NCBI GenBank assembly: GCA_945897725.1 | Contig: CAMDFR010000013.1 | Span: 2,969-66,968 of the forward strand | Reading direction: 5' to 3' | Length of the DNA stretch: 64,000 nucleotides | DNA from: Chitinophaga pinensis | Lineage (GTDB): Bacteria > Bacteroidota > Bacteroidia > Chitinophagales > CAMDFR01 | Part shown: positions 10,250-20,830 of the stretch, one piece after another | Layout: the number at the start of each line of letters is the position of its first letter | Position numbering within the stretch: the stretch's first letter is position 1 | Program-made: the position numbers and the translations under genes | The notes under the pieces: model-generated | Databases searched by the model: none | What the model saw: the letters and a program-made list of their open reading frames with translations, nothing else | What the model was told of the DNA's origin: nothing

Positions 10250-11878
10250 ATGTTTCAAAAAATAATTTGTTTATTCCTTCTTTTCTTAGTCTCATTTTCT
10301 AATCTATTTGCTCAAAAAACAACTGCGCCCAAACTCGTGATTGGTATTGTTGTCGATCAAATGCGTTGGGATTATTTATATCGTTACCAAGAAAAATATA
10401 CCGCAGATGGTTTGAATAAATTACTGTCGAAAGGTTATGTCTGTCAGAATACTCAAATACCATACGTACCAACTTATACAGCACCAGGTCATACTTGTAT
10501 TTACACAGGCTCCGTTCCTGCCATCACAGGTATCGTTGGCAATAATTGGTATGATAAAAATTTGAATAAAAATGTGTATTGCACAGATGATAACCAAGTA
10601 AAGTCTGTTGGTGATTCAAGTGTTGCAGGAATAATGTCGCCAAAAAAATTATTGGTAACCACCATCACGGACGAACTTCGTTTGGCAACCAATTTTAAAT
10701 CTAAATCCATTGGAATTGCAATCAAAGATAGGGGAGCTATTCTGCCGGCAGGACATAGTGCCAACGGGGCTTACTGGTTTAGTGGCGCTACAGGAAAATG
10801 GATTACCTCTACGTATTATAGAAATGATTTGCCTTCTTGGGTACAAGCAGAAAATACAAAGGTAGCCAGCGATAAAATGATGCAGAAAACTTGGCAAACG
10901 ATTATGGAAATCGAAAAATATCATGAAAGTACAGAAGATAAAGTGTCTTGGGAAGCACCATACAGAGGAGAAACAGAGCCTGTATTCGAACATCAATTAG
11001 AAGCTGAATTAATGAAGAGCCCAGATTTGTTACGTGCCTTGCCTTATGGTAATACAATGACGTTAGAAATGGCTGAAGCGGCCATCAAAGGAGAAGAAAT
11101 GGGCACTGATGCAATAACAGATTTTTTAACGGTAAGTCTTTCAAGTACTGATTATATCGGACATCAATTCGGTACCAATTCAGTCGAAATTGAAGATACT
11201 TATTTGAGATTAGATAAAGATTTAGCTTCCTTCTTTTCATTTTTAGATGCTAGTGTGGGAAAGGGTAATTATGTGTTGTTTCTTACTGCTGATCATGGTG
11301 CAGCGCATAATGCCTCGTTTTTACAAACACATAAAATCCCATCAGGAAATGAGCTCTCAGATTCATTATCAAAAAAAGTATATGACTTTGTCGAGGCGGA
11401 ATTCGGAACCAAAGATCTAATCAGTAGCATCATCAATCAACAAATATATTTGAATGAAAAATTGTTGAAAGGCGATGCTGCAAAGACAAATGCAATCATT
11501 CAAAAACTGAGTCAATATATCAAAACACTAGACGGAGTGGCTGACGTAGTAGATCTTAAGCATGTAAATGATGCTACTTTGGTTCAAGACTATAAGACAG
11601 CTATTACCAATACATACAACGCTCAGCGATCTGGTAATCTATACATTGTATTGCAGGCAGGTTGGATGGATGATTTTACTAAAGGAACCACCCATGGCTC
11701 ATTTTACAAATACGATACACATATTCCTTTGATTTGGTATGGCGCAGGAGTGAAGCCCGGTAAAGATTATGGACAAATATATATGACAGATATTGCTGCA
11801 ACCATTGCAGCTATGCTACATATTCAAGAACCTAATGCTTGTGTCGGAAAGCCTATACAAGGACTTTTTACCAAATAA
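10250..11878 (+). CDS. Alkaline phosphatase / nucleotide pyrophosphatase superfamily enzyme (PafA-like), secreted
   Basis: Signal peptide. Also GIVVDQMRWDYLYRY, the nucleophile region PYVPTYTAPGHTCIYTG (metal-binding D...T), and the distal metal site LTADHGA. Length is about 540 aa, as for PafA-type enzymes. Confidence 0.8.
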   Translation: MFQKIICLFLLFLVSFSNLFAQKTTAPKLVIGIVVDQMRWDYLYRYQEKYTADGLNKLLSKGYVCQNTQIPYVPTYTAPGHTCIYTGSVPAITGIVGNNWYDKNLNKNVYCTDDNQVKSVGDSSVAGIMSPKKLLVTTITDELRLATNFKSKSIGIAIKDRGAILPAGHSANGAYWFSGATGKWITSTYYRNDLPSWVQAENTKVASDKMMQKTWQTIMEIEKYHESTEDKVSWEAPYRGETEPVFEHQLEAELMKSPDLLRALPYGNTMTLEMAEAAIKGEEMGTDAITDFLTVSLSSTDYIGHQFGTNSVEIEDTYLRLDKDLASFFSFLDASVGKGNYVLFLTADHGAAHNASFLQTHKIPSGNELSDSLSKKVYDFVEAEFGTKDLISSIINQQIYLNEKLLKGDAAKTNAIIQKLSQYIKTLDGVADVVDLKHVNDATLVQDYKTAITNTYNAQRSGNLYIVLQAGWMDDFTKGTTHGSFYKYDTHIPLIWYGAGVKPGKDYGQIYMTDIAATIAAMLHIQEPNACVGKPIQGLFTK

Positions 11879-12089
11879 GATTACTTTGCCAAGTCGATCT
11901 TTCAAATAGTTTAGAGAAGTATGTAAGAAAATGAAACAGTATATTGACTGATTTGTATAACCTTAAATCCTTTACAGACCTAATATTTTTACAGAGTAAT
12001 ACAAATGTATAAGTATACAGCGCGGTTTCAATCGCTTGGTAACGATGGTTACGAAAAAGTTAACACCTATATCAGATTGTGCATTTAAT

Positions 12090-13289
12090 CTAGTTCATTA
12101 GTAAAGCAACATTCGCTCTCACTGTTTCAATCAATCTTCCTTTCATGATGTTTGAAGCATCCATCACCATCTGGATATTGCTTGGAAAAGGCAACGGTTT
12201 GCCACCTAATTTTCTTCTGCTTTCCTGAGTTAATGCTCTTTCATCACCAGACAATACAGCAAATATATTGGTGAATACAAGATTTTCATTAAATGCAATA
12301 CTTTGCATCAATTGATTGGGATTGTTCTTTTGAATATCAAATGTACCAACCACTTGTCCTTGTTTATTTTGACTTGTCTCCTTTAGCACACATCGAACTG
12401 TTGTATACTTTTTGACCTTAATATCATTCCCTAATGAATCTTTTTTAACATTACCCTTACTATCTAAGGCATATTGCCAGCCATCTTCAATCGTTTTCTC
12501 TTCAGGATACTCGCGCTCTTTCAGTTGCTCAGGACTAATATTAATGTCACGAATATTCATCACAATTGTATAGTCAAAATCAATATTAACCTTATCAATA
12601 GAGGAGTAATATTTTACCCAATTGCTATTGAATTGTATGGCATTAATTTGTAAAAGATTCGCTTCAAAATCTTTTGGAATCACCATATTGCTATTATTCT
12701 TGTAAGTCACTAAAACATAATTCTGTCCTTTTGTATAACACTCATTCATCAGCGCATCCACATCTTTGTAGGTAGTAAAATAATTTTTTATTTCTCCAAA
12801 CTCTTGGTATGCTTTGCGATAATCTGTCTTTAGCGTATTCTTCATCAACTCACTTGCGTGTGCATATAAGTACTCAGCAGCTTTTTTCTTTGAAGCAATC
12901 AATTCTTCATTTACATCAATAATTGGCAGGTTAGCATTCCTGAACTCTTTCTTAATAAAGATTGGTAACAATGGTTTTACAAGATTTTGATGCTTATCAA
13001 TAAGGGCATATAAATCATATATTTCTAACCAACAGTCAGGATTTCCTCCTTGTTTTAAATACTTGATTCTATCCGTGTTTTTGGAAAAAGATTCATTGTA
13101 AGCTTTTTCTAAGATTAAAGCTTCACGCCAATTTTTTGGATTGCTTCTTAAGCGAGAAACTGCAGTACTGATGGCCGACTCTACATCACCTTGTTGGTAA
13201 TAGTATTTAGAATAAGCACAGGAGCTAAGCCCAATAAGCGCTAGGATAACCAGGAAAGGGAAAAAGCATGATTTTGTAATCTTCTTCAT
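12090..13289 (-). CDS. Hypothetical lipoprotein
   Basis: MKKITKSCFFPFLVILALIGLSSC-AYS is a signal peptide with a lipobox. No other recognisable motif. Confidence 0.6.
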   Translation of the reverse strand: MKKITKSCFFPFLVILALIGLSSCAYSKYYYQQGDVESAISTAVSRLRSNPKNWREALILEKAYNESFSKNTDRIKYLKQGGNPDCWLEIYDLYALIDKHQNLVKPLLPIFIKKEFRNANLPIIDVNEELIASKKKAAEYLYAHASELMKNTLKTDYRKAYQEFGEIKNYFTTYKDVDALMNECYTKGQNYVLVTYKNNSNMVIPKDFEANLLQINAIQFNSNWVKYYSSIDKVNIDFDYTIVMNIRDINISPEQLKEREYPEEKTIEDGWQYALDSKGNVKKDSLGNDIKVKKYTTVRCVLKETSQNKQGQVVGTFDIQKNNPNQLMQSIAFNENLVFTNIFAVLSGDERALTQESRRKLGGKPLPFPSNIQMVMDASNIMKGRLIETVRANVALLMN

Positions 13290-13555
13290 AATCTTTGTAC
13301 GTTTAGTATATCTACATTAAAAACGATGCCAAAGTATATAATCGAGAATTATTTTTACACATTATTTAACTTTTGATGTTGAGATCTTTGATTCTAATTC
13401 TCTGAAAACTTGTATTATCAATCTTTTACAAGAAATAAAAATATATATTTTTTATTTAGATGCTTTATAATTAAGACATCGTTAAATTATTTTAAAAAAA
13501 ATTTAGTTTTTTACTTAACATATTTTTACATTTGCATCGCATATTTTACAATACT

Positions 13556-14863
13556 ATGACAAACTTTCTTAGAAGCATTACGAAACCAACGTTTCACGTC
13601 AATAGGCTCTTATCTCTAGTATCCTTAACCATTCTTTTAAATTTATTTGCGTTTTCAGCTTACTCACAAGCTGCCAATGTTGATATGGTTAAGTGGAAAG
13701 CGGGTAAAGCTGCCTTTAAAAATAATTGTGCCAGTTGCCATAACCCATTAGTGAAAGGTACGGGACCTGCTTTAGCAGGTGCCCTTGATCGATGGACAGC
13801 AGAAGGCAAGCACCAAGGTATCGATGGTAAGACTTGGTTGTATCGTTGGATTAAAAATAACAACGAAGTTAGAGCTGCGGGCAATCCTCGTGGTCTTAAA
13901 ATTTTCGGTGAATACGCAGGCGTGGCAATGAATGTCTTTCCTGCTTTAACTGACGCTGATATTGAGGCAATTCTACTTTATTCAGATAATTCAGCCATGA
14001 ACACAGAAGCAAAGGTTGAACCGACTGCGGGTGCTTCCGGAACTACTGGAACAGAAACAGACAGTGCTTTCCCTACTTGGATTTTAGTCGTAATCCTTGC
14101 ACTGCTTATCTGCATGGTATTTACTTTGAATAGACTATCTGGCTCTCTTTATCGATTAACTAAAGAATCACAAGGTGAATCTGTTCACGCTTTCGTTCCT
14201 TTTTATAAGAACAAACGAATTATCATACTTTTTGGTATCCTTGTTACAGTGTTTTTCTTTTACTTGTTAATTCAAAACGCTACTGCATTAGGACGTCAAC
14301 AAGGCTACCAGCCTGTGCAACCAATTAAGTTCTCACATGCACTTCATGCAGGGAAACATCAGATGGATTGTCAATATTGTCACAGTAGCGCATCTAAATC
14401 TAAGCATGCTAATATTCCTTCTGTTAGTACATGTATGAACTGTCATAAGGTTGTTCAAAAAGGCCCTGTCTATGGCACAGAAGAAATTGCTAAAATTTAT
14501 AAATACGCAGATTATAATATCGATACTAAGACTTATGGTTCTAATCCTAAGGCTATAGAATGGACTCGAATTCACAATTTACCTGACCATGTTTTCTTTA
14601 GTCATGCTCAACACGTTAAAGCTGGTGGTGTGAAATGCCAAACATGTCATGGACCTGTTCAAGAAATGGAAGAGGTGTATCAATATGCGCCACTTTCTAT
14701 GGGATGGTGTATTAATTGCCATCGTCAAACAGAAGTAAACTTTGATGGTAATAAATACTATTCTATATATGAAAAGTATCATAAAGCAAAAGCAGAAGGT
14801 AAAATGAAAGGTGTAACCGTTGAAGATATTGGCGGTACAGAATGTCAAAAATGTCATTACTAA
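13556..14863 (+). CDS. actA: Alternative complex III subunit ActA: N-terminal monoheme cytochrome c domain fused to a pentaheme module
   Basis: Six CxxCH motifs (CASCH, CQYCH, CMNCH, CQTCH, CINCH, CQKCH) with a TM helix between domain 1 and the pentaheme part. ATG 13556 is preferred because a TACATTTG -7-like box (13527-13534) overlaps the track's TTG start at 13532. Confidence 0.85.
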   Translation: MTNFLRSITKPTFHVNRLLSLVSLTILLNLFAFSAYSQAANVDMVKWKAGKAAFKNNCASCHNPLVKGTGPALAGALDRWTAEGKHQGIDGKTWLYRWIKNNNEVRAAGNPRGLKIFGEYAGVAMNVFPALTDADIEAILLYSDNSAMNTEAKVEPTAGASGTTGTETDSAFPTWILVVILALLICMVFTLNRLSGSLYRLTKESQGESVHAFVPFYKNKRIIILFGILVTVFFFYLLIQNATALGRQQGYQPVQPIKFSHALHAGKHQMDCQYCHSSASKSKHANIPSVSTCMNCHKVVQKGPVYGTEEIAKIYKYADYNIDTKTYGSNPKAIEWTRIHNLPDHVFFSHAQHVKAGGVKCQTCHGPVQEMEEVYQYAPLSMGWCINCHRQTEVNFDGNKYYSIYEKYHKAKAEGKMKGVTVEDIGGTECQKCHY

Positions 14864-14897
14864 TTTATTGTAAACGATTAATCTCTCATTGATAGAT

Positions 14898-17800
14898 ATG
14901 AAAGAAACAAAAATATGGAAAGGTCTTCCTGGTTTTGAAAACCAAATAGAAGAACAAGCAAATTCTAGTGAATTTGGTGACATGAATGTTCCTGCCTTAA
15001 GTGGAATTACTGAAAGCATAAGTGCTGATAGTAATACAGGCAGAAGAGATTTCTTAAAAATGTTGGGCTTCAGTCTCTCTGCAGCAGCACTTGCTAGTTG
15101 TAAAATGCCGATCAAAAAATCTATCCCTTATATATTCAAACCTGAAGACATTACTCCCGGAATGGCGAATTATTATGCTTCTTGTTATGTAGAAGGTGGT
15201 GATTACGTAAGTGTTTTGGTAAAAACACGTGAAGGACGACCTATTATGATTGAAGGCAATCAGCAATCATCTCTAACAAATGGTGGAACTAGTTCTCAAG
15301 CGATTGCATCACTTTTGAACTTGTACAATACAGCACGTTTTACTGGTCCTAAAAAAGCCGGAGCAGATGTTTCATGGACCGCGTTAGATGCTGATATTAC
15401 AGGTCAATTAAAGTCCATTTCGGATGCAGCTGGTAAGATTGTTCTTTTAACTGGTACTATTATCAGTCCAACGACCAAAGCAGCTATCGCGAATTTTAAA
15501 TTAAAATATCCTACAGCAGAGCATATTCAATATGATGCCATCTCTTATGATGGTATTCTAAACGCTAATGAAAAATCATTCGGACTTAGAGCCATTCCAA
15601 ATTATAGATTTGATCAAGCTGATTTGATTGTAAGTGTTGCCGCTGATTTCCTTGGTACTTGGATTTCTCCAGGAGAATTCACTTCAGGATACACTTCGAA
15701 AAGAAAAGTCGATTCCAAAAATCCTTCCATGTCTCGACATATTCAGATTGAATCTATGTTCACATTGGCTGGTAGTAATGCAGATAAGCGTATTCCAGTT
15801 TCTGTCGTTGAAGAAAGTTTATCTGTTATCGCATTGTATAATCTTATTGCTGCTAAAGCTGGGGTAGCTTCAGTGGATAATGCTGAATTTTCAAATAAAG
15901 ATATCGAATTAACAGCAAATGAACTATGGAAGGCACGTGGCAAATCATTGTTTGTTTGTGGTATTAATGATGTAAATACTCAGTTATTGGTAAATGGTAT
16001 CAATAATATGTTGGGTAACTATAATAGTACAATTCTTTGGGATAGACCTTCTTATCAAAAACAAGGAAATGACGCTGCAGTAGCAAATATGCTTGCAAAC
16101 TTCGCCAATGTAAAGGCAGTTATCATGGCTGAATGCAATCCTGTTTATAGTTTTGCTAATGGTGCCAAATTCGGTGAATCATTGAAAAACACCTTAAGTA
16201 TTTATTTAGGTGAAAGAAAAAATGAGACTTCAGAAAATTGTAAATACATTGCTCCAACGCATAATTGGTTAGAAAGTTGGAATGATTCTGAACCGAAAGC
16301 AGGTATTATTGGAACCACACAACCTGCCATTTCTCCATTGTTTGATACTAGACAATATGGTGAGACTATTTTGAAATGGGGTGGGGTGAACGACACTTAC
16401 TACGACTACATGCATGCCTACTGGCAAACGACTGTCTTAGCTAGTCAAACAAAATATGCCACAATTACCACACTTTGGGATAATACGATTCAAGATGGGG
16501 AAATTGTTTGTAATGCGCCAGCAATGACCATTACACCTAATTTCACTTTTATGGCTGAAGCAGCTGGAAAAGTAAAATCTGCATCAAGCAAAAAAGGTAA
16601 AACACAGTTAAAACTATACGAAAAAGTTTCTATTGGAAATGGATTGAATGCTGATAACCCTTGGTTACAAGAAGTGCCAGATCCATTAAGTAAAGTTACT
16701 TGGGAGAATTACTTAGTTACAGGAATTTCTGATGAGAAATATTTTCATAATCCAGATCATAAAAAATTCAAAGTAGCAAACGTTAAAGTTGGTGCGAAAA
16801 CATTTAGTTTACCAGTGTATTGTATGCCCGGTATTCCAGCTGGAGTTTTTGCAATGGCCTATGGTTATGGTAGAACTATTACAGCAAATGAAGAATTTCA
16901 AAGAGGTTTTAATGCCTATAGTTTATTAGGAACTGACTTGTCAAACGTTACCGTTACTCTAACAGGTGAAGAGGTTCCTTTGGCTTGTACGCAAATTCAT
17001 CACTTATTGACACACCAAGGATTAGGTGGAATGAAAACGCGTCATATTATTAAAGAAACGACTTTAGAAGATTATAAAAAAAATCAAGCTTCAGGTAATG
17101 TGATTGGTGAGGAAGAGCCTCGTAAAGAATGGATCGCTGAACACTTAACGACACTGTATCCGGGTCATACTTATAATGGTCATCATTGGAAAATGGTGAT
17201 TGACCTCAATAGTTGCACTGGTTGTAATGCTTGTGTCGTGGCTTGTAATGCTGAAAACAATGTACCAGTAGTTGGTAGAGATCAAGTTATTAGAAGTCGT
17301 GAGATGCACTGGTTAAGAATTGACAAATACTATACAGGGGACGAACAGAATCCACAAGTGACATTCCAACCTATGATGTGTCAACATTGTGATAATGCTC
17401 CTTGTGAGAACGTTTGTCCAGTTGCCGCAACAAATCACTCAACGGAAGGAATCAATCAAATGGCCTACAATCGTTGCATTGGAACGCGTTATTGCGCAAA
17501 TAACTGTCCATACAAAGTAAGAAGATTCAACTGGTATGATTATGCTGGGAATGATTCTTTTGATAAGAAATATCATACGAATAACTATACGGATAGTTTA
17601 GGTATGCAAGAACCATTGGTTAGAATGGTCTTAAATCCAGATGTAACAGTTCGTAGTAGAGGTGTTATTGAAAAATGTAGCATGTGTACACAAAGAATTC
17701 AAGCTGGTAAATTAGAAGCTAAGAAAGCAGGTGAGCCATTAAAAGATGGTGCTATTAAAACTGCATGTCAATCAGCTTGTACAGCGAACGCGATTCAGTT

Positions 17801-17972
17801 TGGAGATTATAATAATAAAGAAAGTGTAGTAGCTGACTTGATAAATAATAATGAAAGAATATTTGGGGTGATTGAAGAAATTCATACCATGCCAAACGTC
17901 ATGTATCTAACAAAAATTAGAAACAAAGAAGAAATCGACGAATTTAATTTTACAGAATCCTTATTTGATTAA
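14898..17972 (+). CDS. actB: Alternative complex III subunit ActB (molybdopterin-oxidoreductase-like domain fused to a 4Fe-4S ferredoxin domain)
   Basis: Tat signal RRDFLKMLGFSLSAAALASC. C-terminal Fe-S clusters CTGCNACVVAC, CQHCDNAPCENVCP and CIGTRYCANNCP. Length is about 1020 aa. Confidence 0.9.
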   Translation: MKETKIWKGLPGFENQIEEQANSSEFGDMNVPALSGITESISADSNTGRRDFLKMLGFSLSAAALASCKMPIKKSIPYIFKPEDITPGMANYYASCYVEGGDYVSVLVKTREGRPIMIEGNQQSSLTNGGTSSQAIASLLNLYNTARFTGPKKAGADVSWTALDADITGQLKSISDAAGKIVLLTGTIISPTTKAAIANFKLKYPTAEHIQYDAISYDGILNANEKSFGLRAIPNYRFDQADLIVSVAADFLGTWISPGEFTSGYTSKRKVDSKNPSMSRHIQIESMFTLAGSNADKRIPVSVVEESLSVIALYNLIAAKAGVASVDNAEFSNKDIELTANELWKARGKSLFVCGINDVNTQLLVNGINNMLGNYNSTILWDRPSYQKQGNDAAVANMLANFANVKAVIMAECNPVYSFANGAKFGESLKNTLSIYLGERKNETSENCKYIAPTHNWLESWNDSEPKAGIIGTTQPAISPLFDTRQYGETILKWGGVNDTYYDYMHAYWQTTVLASQTKYATITTLWDNTIQDGEIVCNAPAMTITPNFTFMAEAAGKVKSASSKKGKTQLKLYEKVSIGNGLNADNPWLQEVPDPLSKVTWENYLVTGISDEKYFHNPDHKKFKVANVKVGAKTFSLPVYCMPGIPAGVFAMAYGYGRTITANEEFQRGFNAYSLLGTDLSNVTVTLTGEEVPLACTQIHHLLTHQGLGGMKTRHIIKETTLEDYKKNQASGNVIGEEEPRKEWIAEHLTTLYPGHTYNGHHWKMVIDLNSCTGCNACVVACNAENNVPVVGRDQVIRSREMHWLRIDKYYTGDEQNPQVTFQPMMCQHCDNAPCENVCPVAATNHSTEGINQMAYNRCIGTRYCANNCPYKVRRFNWYDYAGNDSFDKKYHTNNYTDSLGMQEPLVRMVLNPDVTVRSRGVIEKCSMCTQRIQAGKLEAKKAGEPLKDGAIKTACQSACTANAIQFGDYNNKESVVADLINNNERIFGVIEEIHTMPNVMYLTKIRNKEEIDEFNFTESLFD

Positions 17973-17994
17973 TAAACTTATTTAATTTAACAAT

Positions 17995-19476
17995 ATGAGT
18001 GTTTACGAATCACCATTACGAGAAGCATTAATCCTCGGTGACGATAAAAATTATTCAAAAATCACTGATGATATAGTTAGAAATACTGAAGGTAGACCTC
18101 CATTAAGATGGTGGATTGCATTTGTTATCTCTGCAGCAACAGCTTTATTCGGAGTTTTTTGTTTGGCATGGACAGTTTGGTTTGGTATCGGTGTTTGGGG
18201 CTTGAACAAAACAGTAGATTGGGCTTGGGATATTACAAATTTTGTATGGTGGATTGGTATTGGTCACGCAGGTACATTGATTTCTGCCGTACTTTTATTG
18301 TTTCGTCAAAAATGGAGAACTGGTATTAATAGAGCTGCTGAAGCGATGACAATTTTTGCCGTGGTGTGCGCAGGATTATTTCCAATTTTTCACATGGGTC
18401 GAGTTTGGATGGCATTTTTTATTTTTCCATATCCTAATACAAGAGGTCCTCTATGGGTTAACTTTACTTCACCATTATTATGGGATGTTTTCGCGATTTC
18501 TACTTATTTCACGGTTTCACTTCTATTTTGGTATTCAGGTTTAATGCCAGATTTTGCTACCATCAGAGATAGAGCTAAAACTGCAAGACGCAAAATGATT
18601 TACAATGTTTTAAGTTTTGGTTGGATGGGTACTGCAAAACAATGGCAACGATTTGAGTCACTTTCCTTGGTATTGGCAGGTCTTTCAACTCCATTGGTAC
18701 TTTCAGTGCACACTATTGTATCCTTTGACTTCGCCACTTCTGTTATACCAGGATGGCATACAACGATCTTCCCTCCATATTTCGTAGCTGGAGCGATTTT
18801 TTCTGGATTTGCCATGGTACAAACTTTGATGCTTATCACCAGAAAATTATTTAGCTTAGAAGATTATATCACTCCTGCCCACTTGGAGTCCATGAATAAG
18901 GTGATTGTTTTAACCGGTTCTATTGTTGGGGTTGCCTACATTACTGAGTTAGTGATTGCATGGTATTCTGGCTATTTATATGAGCAATATGCGTTTTACA
19001 ATAGAGCGCTTGGACCATACAAATGGGCATATATATCTATGATGACTTGTAACGTTTTATCCCCACAGGTATTTTGGTTTAAAAAGATTCGTACAAGTGT
19101 TTTTTGGTCTTTTGTTTTATCTATTTTCGTAAATGTTGGTATGTGGTTTGAACGATTTGTGATCATCGTTACTTCATTACATCGTGATTTCTTACCTTCA
19201 TCATGGAACTACTTCACACCTACATGGGTAGATATGGGTATATATGTTGGTACGATAGGAATATTTTTTACCCTATTCCTTTTATTTGCGAGAACTTTCC
19301 CTGTAATAGCAATTGCGGAAGTGAAAGCTATTTTTAGATCTTCTTCGGAAGTTTCTAGGGCTCAAATGTCAGCACCTTTAGACTTTTCAGATGTACATCA
19401 TGCAGAAGAACATGGTCATTCCGGTGGGGGTGCACATGCGACTGTTCAGCATAATAAAAATTTTAACGAACAATAG
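17995..19476 (+). CDS. actC: Alternative complex III subunit ActC (NrfD/PsrC-like quinol-interacting membrane subunit)
   Basis: Polytopic membrane protein in the canonical position after ActB. NrfD-like N-terminal region (RWWIAFVISAATALFG...). Has a His-rich C-terminal tail. Confidence 0.88.
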   Translation: MSVYESPLREALILGDDKNYSKITDDIVRNTEGRPPLRWWIAFVISAATALFGVFCLAWTVWFGIGVWGLNKTVDWAWDITNFVWWIGIGHAGTLISAVLLLFRQKWRTGINRAAEAMTIFAVVCAGLFPIFHMGRVWMAFFIFPYPNTRGPLWVNFTSPLLWDVFAISTYFTVSLLFWYSGLMPDFATIRDRAKTARRKMIYNVLSFGWMGTAKQWQRFESLSLVLAGLSTPLVLSVHTIVSFDFATSVIPGWHTTIFPPYFVAGAIFSGFAMVQTLMLITRKLFSLEDYITPAHLESMNKVIVLTGSIVGVAYITELVIAWYSGYLYEQYAFYNRALGPYKWAYISMMTCNVLSPQVFWFKKIRTSVFWSFVLSIFVNVGMWFERFVIIVTSLHRDFLPSSWNYFTPTWVDMGIYVGTIGIFFTLFLLFARTFPVIAIAEVKAIFRSSSEVSRAQMSAPLDFSDVHHAEEHGHSGGGAHATVQHNKNFNEQ

Positions 19477-19489
19477 AATATAATAAACT

Positions 19490-20053
19490 ATGTCAGCATC
19501 ATCATTAGATTATAATAAGTTTGTAGTAGGTCTTTATGACCACGAGGCAACCTTGCTGAAGGCAATTAAGAAAATTCGCTCTAATGGAGTTGAAATTCAT
19601 GATGCCTTATCTCCTTTTCCTGTGCATGGTATCGATCCATTGTTGGGATTAAAGGATACAAGGATTCACACAGCTGGTTTTTTCTTTGGTATGACGGGAA
19701 CTACAGTTGGGCTTAGTTTAATCACATTTATCGCAAAGTTCAATTATCCAATGATTGTCGGCGGTAAACCCCATTGGGCAATACCTTCCTATATCCCTGT
19801 AATTTTTGAGATGACCGTACTTTATGCCGCAGTAGGAATGGTGTTAACCTATTTAATTAGAAATAAACTATGGCCAGGTAGAGTACCTAGAATTTTTGAT
19901 AAAAGAACGACAGATCATTTGTTTGCTTTAACTTTTGCAATTGACGAGAAAAGTGAGGCAGACATCACTAAAATAAAGTCTTTACTAACCGAGACGGGAG
20001 CCATAGAAGTAAATACTAAGGAATTTCACGATACAGACGAACCATTAAGCTAA
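19490..20053 (+). CDS. actD: Alternative complex III subunit ActD (DUF3341-type)
   Basis: 187 aa with two TM helices, in the conserved gene order between ActC and ActE. Confidence 0.8.
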   Translation: MSASSLDYNKFVVGLYDHEATLLKAIKKIRSNGVEIHDALSPFPVHGIDPLLGLKDTRIHTAGFFFGMTGTTVGLSLITFIAKFNYPMIVGGKPHWAIPSYIPVIFEMTVLYAAVGMVLTYLIRNKLWPGRVPRIFDKRTTDHLFALTFAIDEKSEADITKIKSLLTETGAIEVNTKEFHDTDEPLS

Positions 20054-20062
20054 ACTTATAGT

Positions 20063-20803
20063 ATGAAAGAGAAATATTTTTATATAGTAGGAGCCTTTAC
20101 AACAATATTGTTGATAATATTCCTGATTATACCAAGAGACAAAAGAAGTCCGGGTTGGGATTATATGCCGGACATGAGATATTCAAAAGCATATGAAACC
20201 TTTTCAAGCGTTGATTTTTTCTATCAAAAAGAAAATGGTAAGTATGATACTATGTCAGCTAGACTGCCAGTTTTAGGTACTATTCCTAGAGGATATATAC
20301 CTGAAAATATAGAAGATAAGACAGATGAAGGTTTCTTAAGATCTTTTTGTTTTAAAAATGAACATCAAGGTTATAATCAAGATTCAGCATTTCAAAATAA
20401 ATATATGGAAGCTGGTGAGGTATTGAAAAATCCTTTTAAACCTACAGATGATATCCTTGCAGAAGGGAAAGAACTATACTTAATCAACTGTAAAGTTTGC
20501 CATGGAATTAAAGGCGAAGGTAACGGACAGATAGTAGAATTACCAGATGGTTCAGATGGTCCCTATACAGCAAGACCACCAGCATATACCTCAAGACTAC
20601 CGACATTGAAAGATGGGCAAATGTTCTTTTCTGTGTCTTTTGGTAAAAATACGATGGGTGGTTACGCTCCAATGCTTACGCCAGCAGAAAGATGGAAAGT
20701 AATTTTGTATATCAAGGATTTAGCAGGCTTAAAAGAGGGAGTTACCCCAGCCACAGACACTACAGCAAAGAAAGATATTGTTGCTGCTGTTGTAAAACCA
20801 TAA
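20063..20803 (+). CDS. actE: Alternative complex III subunit ActE (monoheme cytochrome c)
   Basis: N-terminal TM anchor, a single CKVCH heme motif, and a distal Met region (FGKNTMGGYAP). Confidence 0.8.
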   Translation: MKEKYFYIVGAFTTILLIIFLIIPRDKRSPGWDYMPDMRYSKAYETFSSVDFFYQKENGKYDTMSARLPVLGTIPRGYIPENIEDKTDEGFLRSFCFKNEHQGYNQDSAFQNKYMEAGEVLKNPFKPTDDILAEGKELYLINCKVCHGIKGEGNGQIVELPDGSDGPYTARPPAYTSRLPTLKDGQMFFSVSFGKNTMGGYAPMLTPAERWKVILYIKDLAGLKEGVTPATDTTAKKDIVAAVVKP

Positions 20804-20830
20804 CATAAATAATATTAATATTTTGTAATA